From the NCBI RefSeq assembly GCF_001194135.2, contig NC_068993.1:28802394-28866393 (forward strand): 64,000 bases of DNA. Reading direction: 5' to 3'. The translations under genes and the position numbers were made by a program. The notes beneath the pieces were generated by a model. That model had not been told where the DNA came from, made no database searches, and worked only from the letters and a program-made list of their open reading frames with translations. Below, piece after piece: positions 1 to 13,946 of this stretch (position 1 is the first letter of the stretch; each line of letters starts with the position of its first letter). Source of the DNA: Octopus bimaculoides. Lineage: Eukaryota.

Positions 1-189
1 ATATATATATATATAATGAGTGTCTTTTAGTTTTTGTCTATCATATACACTCACAAGGTATTCGTTGGTCTGAAGTTATTGTAGAAGCATTGTCTGATGT
101 TTTTATTGTTTTTAGGCCAAAACAAAGCAAGTCATGAAAAATTAATAATACAGGTCAATGACTAGTTCTTTAACCTGGTATTTCAATAT

Positions 190-800
190 TCCAAGATTAA
201 AATACCTTCTTCAAGAAATCTTTGGTAGTTGATATCTCTGTTCTGTAGGGTGTGTGTATGAAGGGTTATTTGGCATTGCTGTAGTGGCCAATCAGTTGCA
301 TGTTCGGATCTGTTATTAATATGCAGGTTGTACTTGTTAATGTAAAAAACTTCTTTTATCCTCAAGTTTCCAATGTTTCATGCTGTAGCTTCATTAGAAG
401 CTAGAATGTCTTGAGCGTGGCATTTCCATAGATGTTTTCTGACAGAAGAAACTTTAGCATTGATGTGTTCTTTAAGTTGTATGTATACTTTTCTGATGGT
501 GCTACTATCAGATCATCATTACATTTGTTACACATGATTTTATACACCACTTAGGACTGCAGACATATATTTTCTTCTTTGACCAGGCAGTTAGATAATG
601 CACATGTAGTGTTGTTTTGTCTTTGTCTGGTTTTAGTTAGAACCTTTTCCAGGGAAGGTCCGGAGTGTGCCAGTCATATATTGAATCCTTCCTTATGAAT
701 CATATGGTGGATTGTAGCAGTCGTTTTTCATTCAAATGTGGCAGTTTCAAAAAACATGTTATCCTTGAATTTGTGGGTTTTGATTGGGGGGTCTGGTGAT
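190..800 (-). mobile_element. Degenerate Penelope-like element 3' part (GIY-YIG endonuclease region)
   Basis: Minus-strand manual translation gives NCLVKEENICLQS*VVYKIMCNKCNDD...QLKEHINAKVSSVRKHLWKCH...LRIKEVFYINKYNLHINNRSE, the layout of a C-terminal PLE GIY-YIG domain, with stops and frameshifts. Confidence 0.65.
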
Positions 801-1206
801 ATTCTGGCATTTATTGAAAGAATATGAATATCTATACTGTATCAGGACTTTTCAGAATTGTATGTTATTGGTGCTTTTGGTTCCTATTTCATTGCATTTA
901 CTGTGTATCCTGCGAATCTCATTTCTAATTTAGAGTGTCTTACTTCTGATGGGCAAGGGTAGATTACATTGTACAAATAAGTGCCTGCAAGCTGCTTTTC
1001 TGTAAAAGTTAATGGAGATGGATCCATTCTCTGTGATGCTGAGTTAAAAATCAAGCAGAGATAAGAAACAGGGTAATTGTGGTGCTCCACTACAAATTTT
1101 ATATATTCATTGATATTGATGATTATATTGCACATTTTAACAACCTCTTCATAGGATGGTATTAATATGAGGATGTCAATTCATCCTATCACAGTCACTA
1201 TAAAAC

Positions 1207-1283
1207 CCATAACATCACCACTAACACCAACTCAACAAACATCACCATAACATCACCACTTACACCAACTCAACAAATACACA
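1207..1283 (+). repeat. Two-copy tandem duplication of about 38 bp
   Basis: CATAACATCACCACT(A/T)ACACCAACTCAACAAA occurs twice in tandem. Confidence 0.85.
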
Positions 1284-2869
1284 ACCTCTAACAACAAGCT
1301 GCCAGTCTAATAGGAATAATGAAGATAACTTTGATGCTGCTACTACTGAAGCTACAGCAAACAATGACAACTAAGAGTCTACCACTGGTTACAACAAACC
1401 ATATGTGACAGCTCTATCTGATACTATATTAAATGAAGAGATTCATCTACTAAAATTAATTTTATGTCAGCAATTTAATGACAAACTGAAACTTTGATTC
1501 CAGTTATTTTCCACTGGTTAGCATTCTATGCAGCTTTACTCAAGGTCTGTCCATGGATATAGTCTAAAGCGAACTAAGTTTATGTATGTTTGGCTAATGT
1601 TATTTTGCTAGGTTACTGTAGTATTTGAGAGAAAAGAGTGTGAAAAAGAGATTTAGTAATGTAATATGGTTATAAAAGTGACTACCTCAACCTGACTTTA
1701 GACCTTTAGTTTAAGTTCTAAATTAGTCCTAGACCTTTAAGTAGGCCAAACTTTATTTTTTTAACCCTAGTCTTAGGTGAACTATGACTTTGTGATCTTC
1801 CGATCATTTAAAGATAGAGAGAAGATGCTTAACACAAACAGATGTCCTGCATACAGAGATCTGAAATACCAGATTTTCCCTCTCTATCAATGCATTGGAA
1901 ACGCTTCAAACCAATTCCAATTAGATAAGGAAATCCAATCTATTGTACAATAACACCTTACACCTTCTCAAACATCAGTTACTGATGTCACCCCAGACTA
2001 AACAAATGAGATTGTTTTCTGGTCAAAACTGGACCATCAGGAAAAAACAAATAAATATTGAGCCAACTGAACCAGTGACTTGTTAAGGGAACCAACTAAC
2101 CAGAGCACTAGATGTCCATCAAGTAAAACAGGTTACCAAATCCTTTGACAACAAAATGATGTAAATAGAAAATCAACCAGCCAGATCACAGAGCACTGGA
2201 CCCCTACTGGTCAGCAAGGAATAAAAACATTCCACAAACAAATGACATCACCAGGAAGTCAACCAACCAGAATGCTGGACTTTGTGAAAACAAAAATATT
2301 TGACCAAAACATCCATGATAAAATACAAATGACAACGTCAAATTTACAACCGATCAAAATTTGATCTTTTCTCAATAATCCTCCCCCACACACACCTATA
2401 TATACTAAACGATTTCAACTTAAAACATTTTGAACTCTATCTAAACCAGTGATCAACAAGGAAGAATATCATGTNNNNNNNNNNCAACAGAAATTGTAAA
2501 AATAACCTTTCTTTCTCTCTTTCTCTTTGTTTTTATAAAGACTAAATATGACTGAACTTTCAATCATGTTATTTTGTAATGATCTTTATCAAACATTTAA
2601 ACTTATGTTACTATCTCTGTGAAATTCATTGAAATTTCTATGAAGATTTAAACATTTGATTGTTTAAAAATGTTTTTCCAAATTTTCCTTTGTAAAATTA
2701 AATCCTCCTTAAACCACTTATTTATTTATTATTTTTTACCAAAGAATTGTTGAAACTGGTTTGGTATTTGAATAAATCTATTACAAAATTTAAAAACGAC
2801 TACACATTTTGAGATTCAAGAGCATTTTGAAACCTCAAAACAAATTCTACAGCATATATAGTCCATGTT

Positions 2870-3032
2870 GTTGGGTAGTTGGTGTTAGGAAAGGCATCCA
2901 GCCATAAAAACCATGCCTAAACAGACACTGTAACCTGGGGTAGTCTTTTTTTACCTGGATGGTTCCTGTCAAACTGTCCAACCCATGCCAGCATGGAAGG
3001 TGGATGTTAAACGATGATGATGATAATGATAT
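2870..3032 (+). mobile_element. Short 3'-end copy of the RTE LINE family with (ATG)n tail
   Basis: TTAGGAAAGGCATCCAGC...TCCAACCCATGCCAGCATGGAAG...GTTAAACGATGATGATG matches the 3' terminus of the LINEs at 6215-10340 and 25985-29280. Confidence 0.85.
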
Positions 3033-3035
3033 ATA

Positions 3036-3860
3036 TAGGGTGTGATGGGTAAATTGTCGCCATTTTATACTTTTAAGTGCATTGTTTATTTTTGATTTTG
3101 TCAACTACACAGTATAATAGGGTCAGTTGGGCACCATCTGTGAGAAAAACAGCACCATGATGCAATTCACTCTGCCAGAAATTTGGAAACGACATGCTGT
3201 ACTGCTTGGTATACGTGCTGGAAGTTCCAATATGAACATTTCAGAGTGTTTGGGTGTCAAACTGAGGACAGTGCAATCTGAGGACATGTACTGAGAGTAA
3301 TAAAAATCAAACGTCCAGTCAATATCATGGTGTTTCGAGAGATCATTAGTGATGGTGATATTATGCTTCCATTAATCTTCCCACACAACCTCAGACCCAA
3401 CATGGAAGCCTACATCAAGTGCCTGAAGGAGGTAGTGCTGCCCTGGGTCAAGAAGGTGACTGCTAGAATACTCTATGTCTGGCAACAGGACTCTGCACTA
3501 TGCCACACAAGCAGGAGAACTCAGCAATGGCTGTCAGACACATCACCCCTAACATTTGGCCACCTAACTCCCCAGACTGTAACCCCCTTGATTATTATGT
3601 GTGGGGGCACAGCTGAGTGAGAGACCAACAAAACTCCCTCAAAGATGAACTGAAGGCAAGGATTATGGCAGCATTTACCAGCTTAAACAAGGAGGCTATC
3701 CAGAAGAGTTGCAGGGGATCCCAAAGTCGTCTGGAGGTTGTGGTTGAAGCCAATGACGATTTTATTGAATACATTTACTCTTTAGTATTTCAAGATATTT
3801 TTATGTAATTTTGGTAAATATATCTGTTAAAATGAGCTATCAGTGTTATTTTCAATTATG
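3036..3860 (+). mobile_element. Internally deleted Tc1/mariner-superfamily transposon, maT (DD37D)-type
   Basis: Starts TA|TAGGGTGTGATGGGTAAATTG. Transposase remnants VWQQDSALCHTSRRTQQWLS, HITPNIWPPNSPDCNPLDYYVWG (after a frameshift) and KDELKARIMAAFTSLNKEAIQKSCR. The NPLDY motif and spacing fit DD37D. Confidence 0.8.
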
Positions 3861-3879
3861 TGTAATACATATATTCATC

Positions 3880-4940
3880 ATTATCATCATCATCATCATT
3901 TAACTTCTGTTGTCTATGCTGGCATGGATTGGATGGTTTGACCAGAGATGGTAAGCTGAGAGGCTGCACCAGACTTCGTTCTGATTTGGCATGGTTTCTA
4001 CAGCTGGATCCCCTCCCTCATACCAACCACTATGAGAGTGTAATGGGTGCTTTTACATGTCACTGGCACAGGTGCCAGTTGTGTGACACCAGTATCTGCC
4101 ATGACTACGATTTCCCTTGGCTTGATGGGTCTTCTACTCAAGCATGGCATATTGCCGAAGGTCTTGGGTGTCTATCATTGCCTCCGTGAGGCCCAATGCT
4201 AGAAAGGTGCTTTTTACGTGCTTGTCATGCGAGACTGGTATTGGCCTCCTTATTTCCATAAGGCCCAACTCTTGAAAGTGCTTTTTACCAAAGGTCTCAG
4301 TCACTAGTTATTTCCTCTGTGAGGCCAAACGTTCGAAGGTCATGCTTCACCACCTTGTCCCATGTCTTCCTGGGTCTACCTCTTCCTTAGTTTTCCCCCA
4401 CGGTTATAGATCAGCACTTCTTTATACAGCTGTCCCTGTCCTTACATGTCACATGACCATACCAATGCAGTTGTCTCTCTTGCACACCACATCTGATGCC
4501 CAACTTTTCTTTTAAGACACTCACTCTCTGTCCGTACATGCACACTGACATTGCACATCCAGTGAAGCATGCTAGCTTCATTTCTTTCAAGCCTACGCAT
4601 GTCCTTCACGCTCACAGCTCATGTTTCACTGCTGTATAGCATAGCTGTTGACACACAGGCTTCATACAGTCTGCCTTTGACTCTGAGGGAGAGGCCCTTT
4701 GTTGCCAATAGGGGTAGGAGCTTTCTGAACTTTGCCCAGTCTATTCTTATTCTCACAGCTACACTCTCGTAGCAACCACCTCCACTACTAACTTGGTCAC
4801 CTAGATAATAGAAGCTATCAATTGCCTCTAGCTTACCCCACTGGCATTTGATGTAGTCTGTTTTCTGTACAGTTTTAGTGTTTATTGTACCTGTACACCT
4901 TTCACACACAGCAACTATTTTCCCAGTTAATCTTCTGATA
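3880..4940 (-). mobile_element. 5'-truncated RTE-clade LINE (ORF2 C-terminus and 3' UTR)
   Basis: ORF 4619-4909 (FYYLGDQVSSGGGCYESVAVRIRIDWAKFRKLLPLL...KGRLYEACVSTAMLYSSET) and an (ATC)n tail at 3880-3900. Confidence 0.9.
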
Positions 4941-4989
4941 TTGCTGAACCTCTTATGTATATTTCTATATATTTACTTCTCATATGGAG

Positions 4990-5067
4990 ACAAACAAATG
5001 GTGATCATTTGAAAAAAATTTGAGGACCTTCAGGACAACTCTTGGGTCAAATTGGTTGGAATGACCC
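4990..5067 (-). mobile_element. Isolated terminus of the Sola2-like DNA transposon
   Basis: TTGGGTCAAATTGGTTGGAATGACCC|ATAT is the reverse complement of the terminus at 16009 (ATAT|GGGTTATTCCAGCCATTTTGACCCAAG). Both are flanked by ATAT. Confidence 0.7.
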
Positions 5068-5094
5068 ATATTTATATACAAAAATAGATATATT

Positions 5095-5265
5095 GGCACA
5101 GGAGTAGCTGTGTGGTAAGTAGCTTGCTTACCAACCACTTGGTTCTGAGTTCAGTCCCACTGCGTGGCACCTTGGGTAAGTGTCTTCTACTATAGCCTTG
5201 GGCTGACCAAAGCCTTGTGAGTGGATTTGGTAGATGGAAACTGAAAGAAGCTTGTCGTGTGTATG

Positions 5266-5314
<49 letters not shown>

Positions 5315-5532
5315 GTGTGTGTGTATATGTTTGTGTGTCTGTATTTGTTCCCCCAATATTGCTTGACAATCAATGCTGGTGTGTTTACGTCCCCGTGACT
5401 TAGCAGTTCAGCAAAGATGACCGATAGAATAAGTATTAAGCTTACAATGAATAAGTCCCGGGGTCAATTTGCTCAACTAAAGGTGGTGCTTCAGCATAGC
5501 TGCAGTCAAATAACTGAAACAAGTAAAAGAAT
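5095..5532 (+). mobile_element. tRNA-derived SINE with internal (TA/TG)n tract
   Basis: A-box-like TAGCTGTGTGG and B-box-like GAGTTCAGTCC, with a body and tail (…CAGTCAAATAACTGAAACAAGTAAAAG) shared with the copy at 30825-31221. Confidence 0.85.
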
Positions 5533-5629
5533 ATATATATAGATATGTATACACACATATATGTATATATACATATATGTATATACATAATACATATATA
5601 CATACATACATACAAACATATATATAAAA

Positions 5630-6100
5630 TACACATTAAGCACAGGACATCACCAATGAGTGAAAAATACGTAAACACACGAGAGAAAAGTACAGGACAA
5701 AATACCAAATGAAGATAAAAGAAGATAACTCGCTCATGAGTTGTCAACTGTTTATTACTACCCATTTCATGTTTTTAACAACAACATAGGAATACTTCAT
5801 AAGACAACAGCATCCAGAAATTTTTAAAATATAAAATTTGTGGAGAGTTTGGGCTGCAAATGAACAAACAACAACAGGGTGGATGTATAGAATAAACAAT
5901 CGACAAAGACAAACATTAAGGGCAATTAGGCCAAGATGCATTGTATAATGAGTAGAGCCTGGGAGATATTTTGAAAGGATATAGAATAGATAGAAGAGAA
6001 GAAAATAGTAGAAGAGAAAACAATGTGTTGAGAGGCGAGAGACGAGGGAAATGGTGTCCAACTAGTTGGACATTGCATCCAGAAAAGACTTATAGTCACG
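5630..6100 (-). repeat. Dispersed repeat, probably PLE terminal-repeat-derived
   Basis: 5630-5790 is similar to 23030-23207 (CACATCACCAATG...AAATACGTAAACA...). No coding remnant. Confidence 0.4.
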
Positions 6101-6214
6101 TGTGATTAACAGGCAGAGTGGAAGGGGGACAAGACAGAGGATGAGGGAATGAAAGGGGGATGAGAAAGAGGTTGAGAAAAAAGAAACAAAGAGTGTGAAG
6201 AGAAGGGAGAAGGA

Positions 6215-9200
6215 ATCATCATCATCATCATCATCGTTTAATGTCCGCTTTCCATGCTAGCATGGGTTGGAGGATTTGACTGAGGACTGGCGAACCAGAT
6301 GGCTGCACCAGACTCCAATCTGATCTGACAGAGCTTCTACAGCTGGATGCCCTTCCTGATGCCAACCATTCCAAGAGTGTAGTAGGTGCTTTTACGTGCC
6401 ACAGGCATGAGGGCCAGTCAGGTGATACTGGCAATGGCTCAAATGGTGTTTTTTATGTGCCACCTACACGGGAGCCAGTCCAGCGGCACTGGCAACAACC
6501 TGGCTCGAATGTTTTTTCACGTGCCACTGGTACAACTGCCAGTAAGGTGATACTGGTAATGATCACACTCAAATGGTGCTATTTACGTGCCACTGGCATG
6601 GAAGCCAGACAGTTGCTCTGGCAATGATCACACTCGGACGGTGCTGTTATTGCTCCACTGGCATAGGTGCCGGTCATCAAATTTGGTTCAATTACGATTT
6701 CGATTTCACTTGCCCCAACAGTTCTTCGCAAGCAGAGTTTAGTGTCCAATGAAGGAGAGGTTGGCATGGGTGCCAGTCATCGAATTTGGTTCGATTTCGA
6801 TTTCACTTGCCTCAACAGGTCCTCGCAAGCAGAGTTTAGTGTCCAATGAAGGAAAGGTACGCATAAGTGGGCTGACTACACCCCTGGCAGAGGCCATGGA
6901 TTATGGTCTCACTTGGCTTGTTGGGTCTTCTCATGCACAGCATATTTCCAAAGGTCTCGGTCACTAGTCATTGCCTCGGTGAGGCCTAATGTTTGAAGGT
7001 CGTGCTTCACCACTTCATCCCAGGTCTTCCTGGGTGTACCTCTTCCACAGGTTCCCTCAACCGCTAGGGTGTGGGACTTTTTCACACAGCTATCCTCATC
7101 CATTCTCGCCATATGACCATACCAGCTCAATCGTCTCTCTTGCACACCACAACTGATGCTTCTTAGGTCCAACTTTTCTCTCAAGCTACTTACACTCTGC
7201 CGAGTATGCACACTGACATTACACATCCATTGGAGCATACTTGCTTCATTTCTTGCGAGTTTATGCATGTCCTCAGCAGTCACAGCCCATGTTTCACTGC
7301 CATGTAGCATGGCTATTTGCACACATGCGTCATACAAGTCTGCCTTTTACCCTGAGCGAGAGGCCCTTTGTCACCAGCAGAGGTAAGAGCTCTCTGAACT
7401 TTGCCCAGGCTATTCTTATTCTAGCGGCTACACTTTCAGCGCACCCTACTGACTTGGTCACCCAGATAGCGGAAGCTATCAACTACTTCTAGTTTTTCTC
7501 CCTGGAATGTGGAAGACGTTGTTCTCTGCACATTTTCAGTGTTTATTGCTCCTGAGCATCTGCCACATACAAAAACTATCTTCCAAGTTAGCCTTCCTTT
7601 GATATTGCTGCACATCATATAGAGTTTCTACCTATGCCTTTTCTACAGATCGAGCAGGGCTATCTACCTGAAGGGGTTTGTGGTTTGTCTACCTTCCTAC
7701 TTATTTGGACTTTGGTTTTAGCTAGGTTGACTCTAAGGCCCTTCAATTCTAGACCTTGCTTCCACACCTGAAAGTTCTGGTAGTGACTCAGCAATTAGAG
7801 CAAGGTCATCAGGATAGAGGAGCTCCCAGGGGCATCCTGTCTTGAATTCCTGTGTTATTGCCTGGAGGACTATGATAAATAGGAGGGGGCTAAGGACTGA
7901 ACCTTGGTGGACCCCTACCTCTACTCGGAATTCTTCACTGTACTCATTGCCAACCCTCACCTTACTGACAGCGTCCCTGTACATGGCTTGCTCAGCTCTT
8001 ACTAACCATTCATCTATCCCTAGTTTCCTCATTGACCACCAGATAAGGGATTGGGGAACACTGTCAAAGGCTTTCTCCATGTCAACGAAAGCCAGGTACA
8101 ATGGTTTATCTTTGGCTAGGTATTTCTCTTGCAGCTGTCTTACCAGAAATGTAGCATCGGGGATGCTTTTCCTTGGCATGAACCCAAACTGCATCACATC
8201 TAAACTGACTCTCTCCCTAATTAGTTGGGCTATGACCCTCTCCATGACTTTCATTACCTGATCTAACAACTTGATACCTCTGTAATTATTTGTATCTAAA
8301 NNNNNNNNNNCATGACTTTCATTACCTGATCTAACAACTTGATACCTCTGTAATTATTTGTATCTAAAGCGTCACCTTTACCTTTGTAGCAGTTGACTAT
8401 GGTGCTGCTACACCAGTCATTGGGTATGACTCCTTTGTGTATCACCCGGTTAACTATACGGGTGACTAGGCTATAGCCCACACTGCCAGATATTTTGAGC
8501 ATCTCTGCAGTGATTCCTGATGTGCCGGGGGCTTTCCCTGTCTTCATACTCTTAATTGTTTTATCTACCATGGTACTGTCAACTCGGATAGCTGGTTCCT
8601 CTGTTGGGTCGACATTTGACAGACTCTCATTCTCCCAATATTTTCTTTATTGAGCAACCTTTCATAGTGGCGTCTCCAAACCTCTCTCTTTGCAGCTACG
8701 TTTAGTGCAAATGAACCATCATCCATGCGGACACATTTCTCTTCTACAACATCACGATTCTCTCTCACACACTGTCTTGCAACACGAAATACCTCAAGTC
8801 TTTGGTCCTCATGGTGCAGAACATTGGCAAATTTTTTCTTCCCCTTTGGCTAAATAAATCTGTCGCCTAGCTTCCCTTCTGGCAGTCTGATGCAATTCCC
8901 TCCTACCACCGTTCTTCCAGTCCTTCCAAGCCTGTTTCTTTTCCCTAATTTCCCTGTCAACAACATTGTTTCACCACCATGTTATTTTGAGTCGAGAGGA
9001 GACTTTGCACCATCCACAGATCTGGTCAGTGGCCCTCAGCAGGTTGTCCCATAGAAACCTCCAGTTGTCTTCTACATTGTGTGAAGCTATATCCCCCTCT
9101 ATTTCGTCAAAGGCTTCAAGTAATAAGTCCCTAAATGTCTGTCCATTCGCAGGATCTTTAAGCTTCCAGACCCTTCTCCTCCATGCAGGTCGTCTTTTGG

Positions 9201-10340
9201 GCAACCACTTAGCCCTGATCCTGAAGTCACTAACTATTAGTCTATGTTGTGGGGTACATTCTTCGCCTGGGAAGATTTTGGCATTTATAAGCAGCCATCT
9301 TTCCCTTTTTCTGGCGAGGATGTAGTCAATTTGGCTAGTGTGTCTGCCAGAACGGTAGGTGACTAGGTGACTGGCAGGTTCCCTGAAGTTAGTATTGCAA
9401 ACCATAAGGTCATTTGCATCGCAGAACTCCAGCAGCCTGGTTCCCTCCTCATTGCGGGAACCAAAACCATAGCCTCCATGTGTGCCATGGAAGCCCCCTG
9501 TATGTTGTCCAGCATGTCCATTGAAGTCACCAGCCACAAAGAGAAGGTCCCTGTCATTCGAGGTAGTCTGCAAGAGGGTGTCATAAAATCGGTCTTTCTG
9601 TCCATCAGGTAGCCCCAGCTGAGGGGCATAGGCCAAGATAATGGTTGCTAACCCATGGTGTAGGACTAATCTAATCTTAAGTATTCTATCGCATACTCTG
9701 ATTACCTCGAGTACCTTATCCACCCATTTCTCTGCAAGAAGTATGCCCACACCCTCGACCCCATCTGTGTTCCCTGCCCAGAAAATCTTGTACCTGTGTT
9801 CTTTGCCTGTGAGGAACATAACGGAACCTTCTCTCCACCTTACCTCTTGGAGGCAGCAGATGGCGACACATCTCCATTCAAGCATCTCAACAATCTCACA
9901 AGACCTACCTTTCAGTATGCCAACATTGAGAGTGCCAACACTGGGGATGTGGGAGGTATGGGCCCCGTGAGACCCTGGGATGGGGGACAGCAGCATCATG
10001 TACATGAAAAGAAAGCTCGCATTTGGCAGAATACATAAACAAGCAGTAGACTTCAATTCAACCTGCATACACTACACTATCATATTTTTACACTATATGA
10101 TCACTACCTTACATAGAAGGAGATAAACCCTAAGTAGGGGTGGGGGTGGCATGAGGCCTTTAGAAGTGTTCATGGGAGACAACCAAAGGATGGGAGAGGA
10201 TAGGAACTTCCAGTACAGGTGGAGAGGGTGGGAGGGCAGGTGTACCGCGAGCAGAGTAAGGCACAGAGAGGGAGGGTGGTTACTGGTCAGAACACGAGGG
10301 AGAAAAATATTCTTTTGGGATTTATGTTGCATACTTTAAC
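6215..10340 (-). mobile_element. Near-full-length degenerate RTE-clade LINE (APE endonuclease + RT)
   Basis: ORF 8971-10068 is APE-like (VGTLNVG, CCLQEVRW, VAGDFNGH, SQIDYIL, PQHRLIVSDF). RT fragments 8296-8571 (KAPGTSG..YKGKGDALD.NNYRGIKLL) and 7733-8269 (FVDMEKAFD, GVHQGSVLSPLLF, LYPDDL). The C-terminal fragment is 6909-7337, followed by a long 3' UTR and (ATC)n tail. Confidence 0.95.
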
Positions 10341-10529
10341 GAGACAGCAAATGTTGATAATAGTAAAAGAGAATTGAAAAATCTGAGAGTTTTTGGTCAG
10401 CTAATCTAAGACAGAATTAGAGAAATAAGTGACTGTGTGATAAACTTGAATAAATGAATGAATGTGATGACATGGTAATGAAATAGACAGAATAGTGAAA
10501 GGACTAAGGAATATAAAGGGTAAAAAAAA

Positions 10530-10842
10530 ACCCTTTGGTCATGAATGACCATGGGATTGCACTTAGGAAGTTCCCCTCCAAGGTACAAGTCTGGGCAAGG
10601 TTGTTTACGAAAGACCAGCAGTCACCCATGCATACCAGCTTCCTGTGTTGTCCAAAAGAAAGGCAAAGGCTGATACAGCTTGGCACCAGTGACATCGCAA
10701 CTCATTTCTACAGATGACTGAACTGGAGCAACGTGAAATAAAGTGTCTTGCTCAAGAACACAACACACAGTCCAGTCCAGGAATCGAACTCACAACTGTT
10801 TGTGAGCCCAATGCTCTAACTGCTGAACCATGTGCTTTCACA
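10530..10842 (-). mobile_element. tRNA-derived SINE (second family)
   Basis: Minus-strand head GCACATGGTTCAGCAGTTAGAGC...GAGTTCGATTCC (A/B boxes), followed by GTGTTCTTGAGCAAGACACTTTATTTCACGTTGCTCCAG. Confidence 0.8.
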
Positions 10843-11184
10843 CACACACACACACACATACACCAGTGTTTCATAGTTGTCGTTTATTTCCTCAAGCTGA
10901 TCCCAGGATTCTTTCCTGGTGGCTTCCTGTTGTGAGAATGCAATAAACTGTGTGTATGTATGTTTATGTTGTTTGTGTATACATGTTTATATGAAAATAT
11001 ACATGCTGTTCATGTATGTATTTTTTATACGTAACTATTTTGACTAGCTTTTCATTACCAAACTGCATCATGTTGTTGTTAACTCATTCTCAACTCACTG
11101 GTGAAAATTATTATTTGTCTACTGTATCTGTCAAAGAAGTTGAATAAAGCCTTATTTCTAATACAGCAATTCTGTTCTTACAAA

Positions 11185-13946
11185 CGTTCGTCAGTCTGAA
11201 ATTGTCCATTCTGTACTCTGGTATTTACATTTCACTTTCCTCAGCTGTTCTTCCTTCATGACCTTTGCATGTTGTTCCCTTGGCCCTAACTGCAGCACTT
11301 TTTTCTCCCTTCTCTCATCCAACCCAATCTTCACTCACACAAAGCAGTGGTCACTTCCTGTGTTGAATGGCTCAGCTACAGAGATGTCTTGTAGAATATG
11401 CCTTTTATCAACCAGCTTGTAGTTGATCTCATTTTGGTCCCATGCGTTCAGGACATTCCAAGTCTATCTGTTCCTGGCCCATTTTTTGAACAGGCTGTTG
11501 CTGATGTACAACCCTTTTGACTCTGCCATGGTGACTAAACGTTCTCCTCTCTGATTTCTCTTGCTGAGCCAAAATCTTCTCACATACTTCCCACCTTGTC
11601 GTTCTTTTCCAACTTTAGCATTGAAATTTCCCATCATGATGGTGCATGTGGATCTGGTCACTAGAGCACACTCTAGGTCAAGATAGAATTCTTCCACTTC
11701 ATTGACGTCACTAGCACTACTGATAGCATACGTCTGGATGATCTTCAAGTTCGTTTTCTTCAAGATGTGAATGTTCAGCACACCCATCCTTGTAGAAACA
11801 AAGTGGCAAGAGATAACCTTCTCAGCCCATTCCTTGCTGATCACAAAACCTGTGCCATCGATTGCTCTGGGGCCTTCTGTACAACCCAGTTTCATGATGC
11901 TTCTGTTCGATCATATTGCACTCAACTCTTTTCCTTGACATGTCTCACAAAGCCCAAGCACATTGCAATCGATTTTCTTTCTCTCCTCCACCAGGTGGTT
12001 CAAGCCAGTCCTCCTTGCCAAAGACCTGCAGTTGTAGGTGCATATGGCAAGGTTAGTCAGTTTCCTTAGCAGCTGATCCAAAAGTTGAAGAAAAGCTTAA
12101 GGTGTACAAAAGTCACGGTTCCAAAGGAGACAGGAAGGGTCTCAGAGCAGACAAAGAAGCTGATGGAAAAGTAGAGAAACATGAATAGAGATGGAGGACA
12201 CCTAGTATAATATTCTGTTCTTTGCAAGGCAATAAGACAATGTCTTGAGAATGACTTTGTGAGGTACAGAAAAGAGAAGCACAAGAACAGAAGAGCCTCT
12301 AGAAATGCAAAAGGGAGATGAGGCTTTATACAGCAGAAGTAACAATGCTGAAGAACTAGTATTGCAATGCAGTAACCAACAGAAGAGGTGTGGAAGAAGT
12401 CTGCAAAACCTTCTACACAAACCTCTTTAAATTGAGAGCAGTGGTTGCACCTCTGTTGGAAAGTGAAGGAGATAAAGTACCATCTATTCTGATCAGTGAA
12501 GTCAAGAGAGTCCTCAGGCTGATGAAGAAAGGAAAAGTACTGGGCAAGGATGGTATAACAACTGAAATACTGCAGGCCAGTGGAGAACAACTATGGAAAA
12601 TTCTCGTTCTATGCTTCAACTGCTACCTAGAGGAAGGGTCAATACCTTTCCAATGGAAGGAGTCAAATAGGATCCTGCTGTACAAGAAGGGTGATAAGGA
12701 AGATCTTAAGAACTATCATCCCATCTGCCTCCTGTCTCATATTTACAAGCTGTTCATGAAGATAATCACTGAATGGTTACCTCAACAACTGGATGAGCAG
12801 CAACCAAGAGAACAGGCAGGATTCAGAAAAAAGTACTGCACTATAGATCATATAATTATCCTAACGCAGTTGCTGGAATGAGCAGGAGAGTACTGGTTGC
12901 CTCTGTGCATTGTGTTCATTGATTATGAGAAAGCCTTCGACAGCATCGAAATCAACACAGTACTGCAAGCTTTCAGGAAACAAGATGTGACGATGCAGTA
13001 TGTCATCCTCCTTAGGGAGGCAAATACTGGGTGCACAACAAATGTGGCCCTGTTATCCTCACCAGTGAATGTTCTGGTGGAGAAGAGTGTCAAGCAAGGA
13101 AACACCATCTCTCCTGAGCTTTTCACGGTGTATCTCAAGATGGTCATGCAAGACATGAACTGGGACAGAGGCATAAGGATAAATGGAGAGACGTTCACCC
13201 ATCTAAGATTTGCTGATGACATAGCACTAATAGCAGAGAGCACCGATCAGCTGCAGACTATGGTGGATGAACTGGATTTCAGGGGTTCGGTGGTTGGCCT
13301 GAAGATCAACCATACAAAATCCAAGTGCATATGGTCTGAGGGCATACTGATCGGTTGCCTAATAGTTGGAGGCAATGAAATAGAAGAGGTGAACAGCTAT
13401 GTGTATCTCGATCAAGAAGTGACTATGAGGTGAGAGCTGGAGAATGAGATCTCGCAAAGGGTAAGAGCAAGATGGAAAGCATTCAGCTTAGTGAAAGATG
13501 TACTGAAGGCGAATCTAGACAAGGCAACTTGTGCCAATCTCTTCAACAGCACAGTGCATGTGAGACTTGGGCCTTGATGAAGAGAGAACATCTGCTTATG
13601 GTGCAGAGAGCCATAGAAAGGTCAATGTTGGGAATCCCACTAAGAGATCAGATATGGAATGAGGAGATCAGGGACAGAACAGAATGAAGGACTTTGTCAC
13701 AAAATACCACTATGCAAAGCTATGATGGGCTGGTCATGTCACAAGTTTCACAGACAATCGGTGGACCCATGCAGTTGCTGAGTGGTACTTGCGTGACCAG
13801 TAGAGACCAGGTGGGAAGATGATTTAAGAAAGATGTTTGGGACAACATGGAGGAGAATGGCAAGCGCATGAGGAGAATGGAGTAAATGCTGTGGCCAGCA
13901 GAGCTGACTCGGCACCAGACAGCCTGGTTGATCCACGTGATTCAAA

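Noticed and set aside
1140-2475. A/C-rich region resembling PLE N-terminal leader
   Set aside because: Only compositional similarity to 36550-37050; no diagnostic motif.
8243-8368. 58-bp duplication across a 10-N gap (similarly 23418-23522)
   Set aside because: Identical sequence on both sides of a placeholder gap indicates unmerged contig overlap, not biology.
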